A stretch of 56,270 bases of DNA, taken from positions 1 through 56,270 of the forward strand of contig CAXHJY010000251.1 of NCBI GenBank assembly GCA_964016885.1. Direction: 5' to 3'. Of this stretch, positions 42,001 through 54,573 are shown one piece after another; the stretch's first letter is position 1; every line of letters starts with the position of its first letter. This stretch comes from Eledone cirrhosa (lineage: Eukaryota). The position numbers and the translations under genes are program-made. A model generated the notes under the pieces. It saw nothing but the letters and a program-made list of their open reading frames with translations. It was not told the DNA's origin and searched no databases.

Positions 42001-44500
42001 GGTGTCTTTCACATGTCCACTTTACAGCATGGGCTGGGTGCTTTTTGCTGTATCTTTCACATGTCCACTTTACAGCATGGGCTGGGTGCTTTTTGCTGTG
42101 TCTTTCACATGTTCACTTTACAGCATGGGCTGGGTGCTTTTTGCTGTATCTTTCACATGCCCACTTTACAGTGTGGGCTGGGTGCTTTTTGCTGTGTCTT
42201 TCACATGTCCACTTTATAGCATGGGCTGGGTGCTTTTTGCTGTGTCTTTCACATGCCCACTTTACAGTGTGGGCTTGGTGCTTTTAGCTGTGTCTTTCAC
42301 ATGTCCACTTTACAGCATGGGCTGGGTTCTTTTTGCTGTGTCTTTCATATGTCCACTTTACAGTGTGGGCTAGGTGCTTTTTGCTGTGTCTTTCACATGT
42401 CCACTTTACAGTGTGGGCTGGGTGCTTTTTGCTGTGTCTTTCACATGTCTACTTTACAGTGTGGGCTAGGTGCTTTTTGCTGGGTCTTTCACATGTCCAC
42501 TTTACAGTGTGGGCTGGGTGCTTTTTGCTGTGTCTTTCACATGTCCACTTTACAGTGTGGGCTAATTGCTTTTTGCTCTGTTCTTTCACATGCCCACTTT
42601 ACAGCATGGGCTGGGTGCTTTTTGCTGTGTCTTTCACATGTCCACTTTACAGTGTGGGCTGGGTGCTTTTTGTTGTGTCTTTCACATGTCCACTTTACAG
42701 TGTGGGCTAGGTGCTTTTTTCTGGGTCTTTCACATGTCCACTTTACAGTGTGGGCTGGGTGCTTTTAGCTGTGTCTTTCACATGCTCACTTTACAGCATG
42801 GTTAGGTGCTTTTTGCTGTGTCTTTCACATGTCCACTTTACAGTGTGGGCTAGGTGCTTTTTGCTGTGTCTTTCACATGTCCACTTTACAGTGTGGGCTG
42901 GGTGCTTTTTGCTGTGTCTTTCACATGTCCACTTTACAGTGTGGGCTTATTGTTTTTTCTGTGTCTTTCACATGCCCACTTTACAGCATGGGCTGGGTGC
43001 TTTTTGCTGTGTCTTTCACATGTCCACTTTACAGTGTGGGCTGGGTGCTTTTTGCTGTGTCTTTCACATGTCCACTTTACAGTGTGGGCTAGGTGCTTTT
43101 TGCTGGGTCTTTCACATGTCCACTTTACAGTGTGGGCTGGGTGCTTTTTGCTGTGTCTTTCACATGCCCACTTTACAGCATGGGCTAGGTGCTTTTTGCT
43201 GTGTCTTTCACATGTCCACTTTACAGTGTGGGCTAGGTGCTTTTTGCTGGTTCTTTCACATGTCCACTTTACTGTGTGGGCTGGGTGCTTTTTGCTGTGT
43301 CTTTCACATGTCCACTTTACAGTGTGGGCTAGGTGCTTTTTGCTGTATCTTTCACATGCCCACTTTACAGCATGGGCTGGGTGCTTTTTGCTGTGTCTTT
43401 CACATGTCCATTTTATAGCATGGGCTGGGTGCTTTTTGCTGTGTCTTTCACATGCCCACTTTACAGTGTGGGCTTGGTGCTTTTAGCTGTGTCTTTCACA
43501 TGTCCACTTTACAGCATGGGCTGGGTGCTTTTTGCTGTGTCTTTCATATGTCCACTTTACAGTATGGGCTAGGTGCTTTTTGCTGTGTCTTTCACATGTC
43601 CACTTTACAGTGTGGGCTGGGTGCTTTTTGCTGTGTCTGTCACATGTCCACTTTACAGTGTGGGCTAGGTGCTTTTTGCTGGGTCTTTCACATGTCCACT
43701 TTACAGTGTGGGCTGGGTGCTTTTTGCTGTGTCTTTCACATGTCCACTTTACAGTGTGGGCTAATTGCTTTTTGCTGTGTTCTTTCTCATGCCCACTTTA
43801 CAGCATGGGCTGGGTGCTTTTTGCTGTGTCTTTCACATGTCCACTTTACAGTGTGGGCTGGGTGCTTTTTGCTGTGTCTTTCACATGTCCACTTTACAGT
43901 GTGGGCTAGGTGCTTTTTTCTGGGTCTTTCACATGTCCACTTTACAGTGTGGGCTGGGTGCTTTTTGCTGTGTCTTTCACATGCTCACTTTACAGCATGG
44001 TTAGGTGCTTTTTGCTGTGTCTTTCACATGTCCACTTTACAGTGTGGGCTAGGTGCTTTTTGCTGTGTCTTTCACATGTCCACTTTACAGTGTGGGCTGG
44101 GTGCTTTTTGCTGTGTCTTTCACATGTCCACTTTACAGTGTGGGCTTATTGCTTTTTGCTGTGTCTTTCACATGCCCACTTTACAGCATGGGCTGGGTGC
44201 TTTTTGCTGTGTCTTTCACATGTCCACTTTACAGTGTGGGCTGGGTGCTTTTTGCTGTGTCTTTCACATGTCCACTTTACAGTGTGGGCTAGGTGCTTTT
44301 TGCTGGGTCTTTCACATGTCCACTTTACAGTGTGGGCTGGGTGCTTTTTGCTGTGTCTTTCACATGCCCACTTTACAGCATGGGCTAGGTGCTTTTTGCT
44401 GTGTCTTTCAAATGTCCACTTTACAGTGTGGGCTAGGTGCTTTTTGCTGGGTCTTTCACATGTCCACTTTACAGTGTGGGCTGGGTGCTTTTTGCTGTGT
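35790..44500. repeat. Higher-order tandem duplication, period 4316 bp (90 monomers)
   Basis: Pairs 36046/40362, 36803/41119, 37937/42253, 39136/43452 and 39594/43910 are offset by 4316. Shared private variants are cagcgtgg at ~37183/41499 and ttcaaatg at ~40091/44407. Confidence 0.92.
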
Positions 44501-47500
44501 CTTTCACATGTCCACTTTACAGCATGAGCTGGGTGCTTTTTGCTGTGTCTTTCACATGTCCACTTTACAGTGTGGGCTGGGTGCTTTTTGCTGTGTCTTT
44601 CACATGTCCATTTTACAGCATGAGCGGGGTGCTTTTTGCTGTGCCTTTCACATGCCCACTTTACAGCATGGGCTGGGTGCTTTTTGCTGTGTCTTTCACA
44701 CGTCCACTTTACAGTGTGGGCTGCGTGCTTTTTGCTGTGTCTTTCACATGCCCACTTTACAGCATGGGCTGGGTGCTTTTTGCTGTGTCTTTCACATGTC
44801 CACTTTACAGCATGGGCTGGGTGCTTTTTGCTGTGTCTTTCACATGTCCACTTTACAGCATGGGCTGGGTGCTTTTTGCTGTGTCTTTCACATGTCCACT
44901 TTACAGCATGGGCTGGGTGCTTTTTGCTGTGTCTTTCACATGTCCACTTTACAGCATGTGCTGGGTGCTTTTTGCTGTGTCTTTCACATGTCCACTTTAC
45001 AGTGTGGGCTGGGTGCTTTTTGCTGTGTCTTTCACATGTCCACTTTACAGTGTGGGCTAGGTGCTTTTTGATGGGTCTTTCACATGTCCACTTTACAGTG
45101 TGGGCTGGGTGCTTTTTGCTGTGTCTTTCACATGTCCACTTTACAGTGTGGGCTAATTGCTTTTTGCTGTGTCTTTCACATGCCCACTTTACAGCATGGG
45201 CTGGGTGCTTTTTGCTGTGTCTTTCACATGTCCACTTTACAGTGTGGGCTGGGTGCTTTTTGCTGTGTCTTTCACATGTCCACTTTACAGTGTGGGCTAG
45301 GTGCTTTTTGCTGGGTCTTTCACATGTCCACTTTACAGTGTGGGCTGGGTGCTTTTTGCTGTGTCTTTCACATGCCCACTTTACAGCATGGTTAGGTGCT
45401 TTTTGCTGTGTCTTTCACATGTCCACTTTACAGTGTGGGCTAGGTGCTTTTTGCTGTGTCTTTCACATGTCCACTTTACAGTGTGGGCAGGGTGCTTTTT
45501 GCTGTGTCTTTCACATGTCCACTTTACAGTGTGGGCTTATTGCTTTTTGCTGTCTTTCACATGCCCACTTTACAGCATGGGCTGGGTGCTTTTTGCTGTG
45601 TCTTTCACATGTCCACTTCACAGTGTGGGCTGGGTGCTTTTTGCTGTGTCTTTCACATGTCCACTTTACAGTGTGGGCTAGGTGCTTTTTGCTGGGTCTT
45701 TCACATGTCCACTTTACAGTGTGGGCTGGGTGCTTTTTGCTGTGTCTTTCACATGCCCACTTTACAGCATGGGCTAGGTGCTTTTTGCTGTGTCTTTCAC
45801 ATGTCCACTTTACAGTGTGGGCTAGGTGCTTTTTGCTGGGTCTTTCACATATCCACTTTACAGTGTGGGCTGGGTGCTTTTTGCTGTATCTTTCACATGC
45901 CCACTTTACAGTGTGGGCTGGGTGCTTTTTGCTGTGTCTTTCACATGTCCACTTTACAGCATGGGCTGGGTGCTTTTTGCTGTGTCTTTCACATGCCCAC
46001 TTTACAGTGTGGGCTTGGTGCTTTTAGATGTGTCTTTCACATGTCCACTTTACAGCATGGGCTAGGTGCTTTTTGCTGTGTCTTTCACATGTCCACTTTA
46101 CAGTGTGGGCTAGGTGCTTTTTGCTGGGTCTTTCACATGTCCACTTTACAGTGTGGGCTGGGTGCTTTTTGCTGTGTCTTTCACATGTCCACTTTACAGT
46201 GTGGGCTGGGTGCTTTTTGCTGTGTCTTTCACATGCCCACTTTACAGCATGGTTAGGTGCTTTTTGCTGTGTCTTTCACATGCCCACTTTACAGCATGGG
46301 CTGGGTGCTTTTTGCTGTGTCTTTCACACGTCCACTTTACAGCATGGGCTGGGTGCTTTTTGCTGTGTCTTTCACATGCCCACTTTACAGCATGGGCTGG
46401 GTGCATTTTGCTGTATCTTTCACATGCCCACTTTACAGCATGGGCTGGGTGCTTTTTGCTGTGTCTTTCACATGTCCACTTTATAGCATGGGCTGGGTGC
46501 TTTTTGCTGTGTCTTTCACATGCCCACTTTACAGTGTGGGCTTGGTGCTTTTAGATGTGTCTTTCACATGTCCACTTTACAGCATGGGCTGGGTGCTTTT
46601 TGCTGTGTCTTTCATATGTCCACTTTACAGTGTGGGCTAGGTGCTTTTTGCTGTGTCTTTCACATGTCCACTTTACAGTGTGGGCTGGGTGCTTTTTGCT
46701 GTGTCTTTCACATGTCCACTTTACAGTGTGGGCTAGGTGCTTTTTGCTGGGTCTTTCACATGTCCACTTTACAGTGTGGGCTGGGTGCTTTTTGCTGTGT
46801 CTTTCACATGTCCACTTTACAGTGTGGGCTAATTGCTTTTTGCTGTGTTCTTTCACATGCCGACTTTACAGCATGGGCTGGGTGCTTTTTGCTGTGTCTT
46901 TCACATGCCCACTTTACAGCATGGTTAGGTGCTTTTTGCTGTGTCTTTCACATGTCCACTTTACAGTGTGGGCTAGGTGCTTTTTGCTGTGTCTTTCACA
47001 TGTCCACTTTACAGTGTGGGCTGGGTGCTTTTTGCTGTGTCTTTCACATGTCCACTTTACAGTGTGGGCTAGGTGCTTTTTGCTGTGTCTTTCACATGTC
47101 CACTTCACAGTGTGGGCTGGGTGCTTTTTGCTGTGTCTTTCACATGCCCACTTTACAGCATGGTTAGGTGCTTTTTGCTGTGTCTTTCACATGTCCACTT
47201 TACAGTGTGGGCTAGGTGCTTTTTGCTGTGTCTTTCACATGTCCACTTTACAGTGTGGGCTGGGTGCTTTTTGCTGTGTCTTTCACATGTCCACTTTACA
47301 GTGTGGGCTTATTGCTTTTTGCTGTGTCTTTCACATGCCCACTTTACAGCATGGGCTGGGTGCTTTTTGCTGTGTCTTTCACATGTCCACTTTACAGTGT
47401 GGGCTGGGTGCTTTTTGCTGTGTCTTTCACATGTCCACTTTACAGTGTGGGCTAGGTGCTTTTTGCTGGGTCTTTCACATGTCCACTTTACAGTGTGGGC

Positions 47501-50500
47501 TGGGTGCTTTTTGCTGTGTCTTTCACATGCCCACTTTACAGCATGGGCTAGGTGCTTTTTGCTGTGTCTTTCACATGTCCACTTTACAGTGTGGGCTAGG
47601 TGCTTTTTGCTGGGTCTTTCACATGTCCACTTTACTGTGTGGGCTGGGTGCTTTTTGCTGTGTCTTTCACATGTCCACTTTACAGTGTGGGCTAGGTGCT
47701 TTTTGCTGGGTCTTTCACATGTCCACTTTACAGTGTGGGCTGGGTGCTTTTTGCTGTGTCTTTCACATGTCCACTTTACAGCATGAGCTGGGTGCTTTTT
47801 GCTGTGACTTTCACATGTCCACTTTACAGTGTGGGCTGGGTGCTTTTTGCTGTGTCTTTCACATGTCCACTTTACAGCACGGGCTGGGTGCTTTTTGCTG
47901 TGTCTTTCACATGTCCCCTTTACAGCATGGGCTGGGTGCTTTTTGCTGTGTCTTTCACATGTCCACTTTACAGCATGTGCTGGGTGCTTTTTGCTGTGTC
48001 TTTCACATGTCCACTTTACAGCATGGGCTGGGTGCTTTTTGCTGTGTCTTTCACATGTCCACTTTACAGCATGAGCTGGGTGCTTTTTGCTGTGTCTTTC
48101 ACATGTCCACTTTACAGTGTGGGCTGGGTGCTTTTTGCTGTGTCTTTCACATGTCCACTTTACAGCACGGGCTGGGTGCTTTTTGCTGTGTCTTTCACAT
48201 GTCCACTTTACAGCATGGGCTGGGTGCTTTTTGCTGTGTCTTTCACATGTCCACTTTACAGCATGAGCTGGGTGCTTTTTGATGTGCCTTTCACATGCCC
48301 ACTTTACAGCATGGGCTGGGTGCTTTTTGCTGTGTCTTTCACACGTCCACTTTACAGTGTGGGCTGCGTGCTTTTTGCTGTGTCTTTCACATGCCCACTT
48401 TACAGCATGGGCTGGGTGCTTTTTGCTGTGTCTTTCACATGTCCACTTTACAGCATGGGCTGGGTGCTTTTTGCTGTGTCTTTCACATGTCCACTTTACA
48501 GCATGGGCTGGGTGCTTTTTGCTGTGTCTTTCACATGTCCACTTTACAGCATGGGCTGGGTGCTTTTTGCTGTGTCTTTCACATGTCCACTTTACAGCAT
48601 GGGCTGGGTGCTTTTTGCTGTGTCTTTCACATGTCCACTTTACAGCATGTGCTGGGTGCTTTTTGCTGTGTCTTTCACATGTCCACTTTACAGCATGGGC
48701 TGGGTGCTTTTTGCTGTGTCTTTCACATGCCCACTTTACAGCATGGGCTGGGTGCTTTTTGCTGTGTCTTTCACATGTCCACTTTATAGCATGGGCTGGG
48801 TGCTTTTTGCTGTGTATTTCACATGCCCACTTTACAGTGTGGGCTGGATGCTTTTAGCTGTGTCTTTCACATGTCCACTTTACAGCATGGGCTGGGTGCT
48901 TTTTGCTGTGTCTTTCACATGTCCACTTTACAGTGTGGGCTGGGTACTTTTTGCTGTGTCTTTCACATGTCCACTTTACAGTGTGGGCTAGGTGCTTTTT
49001 GCTGGGTCTTTCACATGTCCACTTTACAGTGTGGGCTGGGTGCTTTTTGCTGTGTCTTTCACATGTCCACTTTACAGTGCGGGCTAATTGCTTTTTGCTG
49101 TGTCTTTCACATGCCCACTTTACAGCATGGGCTGGGTGCTTTTTGCTGTGTCTTTCACATGTCCACTTTACAGTGTGGGCTGGGTGCTTTTTGCTGTGTC
49201 TTTCACATGTCCACTTTACAGTGTGGGCTAGGTGCTTTTTGCTGGGTCTTTCACATGTCCACTTTACAGTGTGGGCTGGGTGCTTTTTGCTGTGTCTTTC
49301 ACATGCCCACTTTACAGCATGGTTAGGTGCTTTTTGCTGTGTCTTTCACATGTCCACTTTACAGTGTGGGCTAGGTGCTTTTTGCTGTGTCTTTCACATG
49401 TCCACTTTACAGTGTGGGCAGGGTGCTTTTTGCTGTGTCTTTCACATGTCCACTTTACAGTGTGGGCTTATTGCTTTTTGCTGTCTTTCACATGCCCACT
49501 TTACAGCATGGGCTGGGTGCTTTTTGCTGTGTCTTTCACATGTCCACTTTACAGTGTGGGCTGGGTGCTTTTTGCTGTGTCTTTCACATGTCCACTTTAC
49601 AGTGTGGGCTAGGTGCTTTTTGCTGGGTCTTTCACATGTCCACTTTACAGTGTGGGCTGGGTGCTTTTTGCTGTGTCTTTCACATGCCCACTTTACAGCA
49701 TGGGCTAGGTGCTTTTTGCTGTGTCTTTCACATGTCCACTTTACAGTGTGGGCTAGGTGCTTTTTGCTGGGTCTTTCACATGTCCACTTTACAGTGTGGG
49801 CTGGGTGCTTTTTGCTGTGTCTTTCACATGCCGACTTTACAGCATGGGCTAGGTGCTTTTTGCTGTGTCTTTCACATGTCCACTTTACAGTGTGGGCTAG
49901 GTGCTTTTTGCTGGGTCTTTCACATGTCCACTTTACAGTGTGGGCTGGGTGCTTTTTGCTGTGTCTTTCACATGTCCACTTTACAGTGTGGGCTGGGTGC
50001 TTTTTGCTGTGTCTTTCACATGCCCACTTTACAGCATGGTTAGGTGCTTTTTGCTGTGTCTTTCACATGCCCACTTTACAGCATGGGCTGGGTGCTTTTT
50101 GCTGTGTCTTTCACACGTCCACTTTACAGCATGGGCTGGATGCTTTTTGTTGTGTCTTTCAGTGTCCACTTTACAGCATGGGCTAGGTGCTTTTTGCTGT
50201 GTCTTTCACACGTCCACTTTACAGCATGGGCTGGATGCTTTTTGTTGTGTCTTTCAGTGTCCACTTTACAGCATGGGCTGGGTGCTTTTTGCTGTGTCTT
50301 TCACACATCCACTTTACAGCATGGGCTGGGTGCTTTTTGCTGTATCTTTCACACGTCCACTTTACAGCATGGGCTGGGTGCTTTTTGCTGTGTCTTTCAC
50401 ATGTCCACTTTACAGCATCTGCTGGGTGCTTTTTGCTGTATCTTTCACATGCCCACTTTACAGCATGGGCTGGGTGCTTTTTGCTGTGTCTTTCACATGT

Positions 50501-52729
50501 TCACTTTACAGCATGGGCTGGGTGCTTTTTGCTGTATCTTTCACATGCCCACTTTACAGTGTGGGCTGGGTGCTTTTTGCTGTGTCTTTCACATGTCCAC
50601 TTTACAGCATGGGCTGGGTGCTTTTTGCTGTATCTTTCACATGTCCACTTTACAGCATGGGCTGGGTGCTTTTTGCTGTGTCTTTCACATTTTCACTTTA
50701 CAGCATGGGCTGGGTGCTTTTTGCTGTATCTTTCACATGCCCACTTTACAGTGTGGGCTGGGTGCTTTTTGCTGTGTCTTTCACATGTCCACTTTACAGC
50801 ATGGGCTGGGTGATTTTTGCTGTGTCTTTCACATGTCCACTTTACAGCATGGGCTGGGTGCTTTTTGCTGTGTCTTTCACATGTCCACTTTACAGCATGG
50901 GTTGGGTGCTTTTTGCTGTGTCTTTCACATGTCCACTTTACAGCATGGGCTGGGTGCCTTTTGCTGTGTCTTTCACATGTCCACTTTACAGCATGGGATG
51001 TGTGCTTTTTTGTCTGTGTCTTTCACATGTCCACTTTACAGCATGGGCTGGGTGCTTTTTGCTGTGTCTTTCACATGTCCACTTTAAAGCATGGGCTGGG
51101 TGCTTTTTGCCATGTTTTTCTCACATCCACTGTACATCATGGGCTGGATGTATTTTTGCTGTGTCTTTCACATGTCCACTTTACAGCATGGGCTGGATGC
51201 TTTTTGCTGTGTCTTTCACATGTCCACTTTACAGCATGGGCTAGGTGCTTTTTGCTGTGTCTTTCACACGTCCACTTTACAGCCTGGGCTGGATGCTTTT
51301 TGTTGTGTCTTTCAGTGTCCACTTTACAGCATGGGCTGGGTGCTTTTTGCTGTGTCTTTCACACATCCACTTTACAGCATGGGCTGGGTGCTTTTTGCTG
51401 TGTCTTTCACATGTCCACTTTACAGCATGGGCTGGATGCTTTTTGCTGTGTCTTTCACATGTCCACTTTACAGCATGGGCTGGGTGCTTTTTGCTGTGTC
51501 TTTCACATGTCCACTTTACAGTGTGGGCTTATTGCTTTTTGCTGTGTCTTTCACATGCCCACTTTACAGCATGGGCTGGGTGCTTTTTGCTGTGTCTTTC
51601 ACATGCTCACTTTACAGTTTGGGCTGGGTGCTTTTTGCTGTGTCTTTCACATGTCCACTTTACAGCATGGGCTGGGTGCTTTTTGCTGTGTCTTTCACAT
51701 GCCCACTTTACAGTGTGGGCTAGGTGCTTTTTGCTGTGTCTTTCACATGTCCACTTTACAGCATGGGCTGGGTGCATTTTGCTGTGTCTTTCACATGTCC
51801 ACTTTACAGCATGTGCTGGGTGCTTTTTGCTGTGTCTTTCACATGTCCACTTTACAGCATGGGCTGGGTGCTTTTTGCTGTGTCTTTCACATGCCCACTT
51901 TACAGCATGGGCTGGGTGCTTTTTGCTGTGTCTTTCACATGTCCACTTTATAGCATGGGCTGGGTGCTTTTTGCTGTGTCTTTCACATGCCCACTTTACA
52001 GTGTGGGCTGGATGCTTTTAGCTGTGTCTTTCACATGTCCACTTTACAGCATGGGCTGGGTGCTTTTTGCTGTGTCTTTCATATGTCCACTTTACAGTGT
52101 GGGCTAGGTGCTTTTTGCTGTGTCTTTCACATGTCCACTTTACAGTGTGGGCTGGGTGCTTTTTGCTGTGTCTTTCACATGTCCACTTTACAGTGTGGGC
52201 TAGGTGCTTTTTGCTGGGTCTTTCACATGTCCACTTTACAGTGTGGGCTGGGTGCTTTTTGCTGTGTCTTTCACATGTCCACTTTACAGTGTGGGCTAAT
52301 TGCTTTTTGCTGTGTCTTTCACATGCCCACTTTACAGCATGGTCTGGGTGCTTTTTGCTGTGTCTTTCACATGTCCACTTTACAGTGTGGGCTGGGTGCT
52401 TTTTGCTGTGTCTTTCACATGTCCACTTTACAGTGTGGGCTAGGTGCTTTTTGCTGGGTCTTTCACATGTCCACTTTACAGTGTGGGCTGGGTGCTTTTT
52501 GCTGTGTCTTTCACATGCCCACTTTACAGCATGGTTAGGTGCTTTTTGCTGTGTCTTTCACATGTCCACTCTACAGTGTGGGCTAGGTGCTTTTTGCTGT
52601 GTCTTTCACATGTCCACTTTACAGTGTGGGCTGGGTGCTTTTTGCTGTGTCTTTCACATGTCCACTTTACAGTGTGGGCTTATTGCTTTTTGCTGTCTTT
52701 CACATGCCCACTTTACAGCATGGGCTGGG

Positions 52730-53420
52730 TGCTTTTTGCTGTGTCTTTCACATGTCCACTTTACAGCATGGGCTGGGTGCTTTTTGCTGTGTCTTTCACA
52801 TGCCCACTTTACAGCATGGGCTGTGTGCTTTTTGCTGTGTCTTTCACATGCCCACTTTACAGCATGGGCTGGGTGCTTTTTGCTGTGTCTTTCACTAGCC
52901 CACTTTACAGCATGGGCTGGGTGCTTTTTGCTGTGTCTTTCACATGCCCACTTTACAGCATGGGCTGGGTGATTTTTGCTGTGTCTTTCACATGTCCACT
53001 TTACAGTGTGGGTGCTTTTTGCTGTGTCTTTCACATGTCCACTTTACAGTGTGGGCTGGGTGCTTTTTGCTGTGTCTTTCACATGCCCACTTTACAGCAT
53101 GGGCTGGGTGCTTTTTGCTGTGTCTTTCACATGCCCACTTTACAGCATGGGCTGGGTGCTTTTTGCTGTGTCTTTCACTAGCCCACTTTACAGCATGGGC
53201 TGGGTGCTTTTTGCTGTGTCTTTCACATGCCCACTTTACAGCATGGGCTGGGTGATTTTTGCTGTGTCTTTCACATGTCCACTTTACAGTGTGGGTGCTT
53301 TTTGCTGTGTCTTTCACATGTCCACTTGACAGTGTGGGCTGGGTGCTTTTTGCTGTGTCTTTCACATGCCCACTTTACAGCATGGGCTGGGTGCTTTTTG
53401 CTTTGTCCTTCACATGCCCA
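52730..53420. repeat. Higher-order tandem duplication, period 283 bp (6 monomers, one with a 5-bp deletion)
   Basis: ttcactagccc occurs at ~52891/53174, and the 43-bp monomer agtgtgggtgc at ~53005/53288. 6x48-5=283. Confidence 0.88.
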
Positions 53421-54573
53421 CTTTACAGCATGGGCTGGGTGCTTTTTGCTGTGTCTTTCATATGCCCACTTTACAGCATGGGCTGGGTGCTTTCTGCTGT
53501 GTCTTTCACATGTCCACTTTACAGTGTGGGCTGCGTGCTTTTTGCTGTCTTTCACACGTCCACTGTACATCATGGGCTGGGTGCTTTTTGCTGTGTCTTT
53601 CACATGCCCACTTTACAGCATGGGCTGGGTGCTTTTTGCTGTGTCTTTCACATGTCCACTTTACAGCATGGGCTGGGTGCTTTTTGCTGTGTCTTTCACA
53701 TGTCCACTTTACAGCATGGGCTGGGTGCTTTTTGCTGTGTCTTTCACATGTCCACTTTACAGCATGGGCTGGGTGCTTTTTGCTGTGTCTTTCACATGCC
53801 CACTTTACAGCATGGGCTGGGTGCTTTTTGCTGTGTCTTTTACATGTCCACTTTACAGCATGGGCTGGGTGCTTTTTGCTGTGTCTTTCACATGCCCACT
53901 TTACAGCATGGGCTGGGTGCTTTTTGCTGTGTCTTTCACATGTCCACTTTACAGCATGGGCTGGGTGCTTTTTGCTGTGTCTTTCACATGCCCACTTAAC
54001 AGTGTGGGCTGGGTGCTTTTTGCTGTGTCTTTCACATGTCCACTTTACAGTGTGGGCTAGGTGCTTTTTGCTGGGTGTTTCACATGTCCACTTTACAGTG
54101 TGGGCTGGGTGCTTTTTGCTGTGTCTTTCACATGTCCACTTTACAGTGTGGGCTAGGTGCTTTTTGCTGTGTCTTTCACATGTCCACTTTACAGTGTGGG
54201 CTGGGTGCTTTTTGCTGTGTTTTTCACATGTCCATTTTACAGCATGAGCTGGGTGCTTTTTGCTGTGTCTTTCACATGTCCACTTTACAGTGTGGGCTGG
54301 GTGCTTTTTGCTGTGTCTTTCACATGTCCACTTTACAGCATGGGCTGGGTGCTTTTTGCTGTGTCTTTCACATGTCCATTTTACAGCATGAGCTGGGTGC
54401 TTTTTGCTGTGTCTTTCACATGTCCACTTTACAGTGTGGGCTGTTTGCTTTTTGCTGTGTCTTTCACATGTCCACTTTACAGCATGGGCTGGGTGCTTTT
54501 AGCTGTGTCTTTCACATGCCCACTTTACAGCATGGGCTGGGTGCTTTTTGCTGTGTCTTTCACATGTCCATTT

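Noticed and set aside
16476-52540. GGTTAGG in some monomers resembling a telomeric repeat
   Set aside because: These are single isolated occurrences, explained by a 1-bp deletion plus substitution of GGGCTAGG. They are never tandem.
681-53603. Minus-strand KKHPAHAVKWTCERHS repeat ORFs as a His/Lys-rich protein or an extension of the LINE ORF
   Set aside because: They are broken by the same indels. The LINE ORF stops at 54617, and read-through would enter a different, quickly closed frame.
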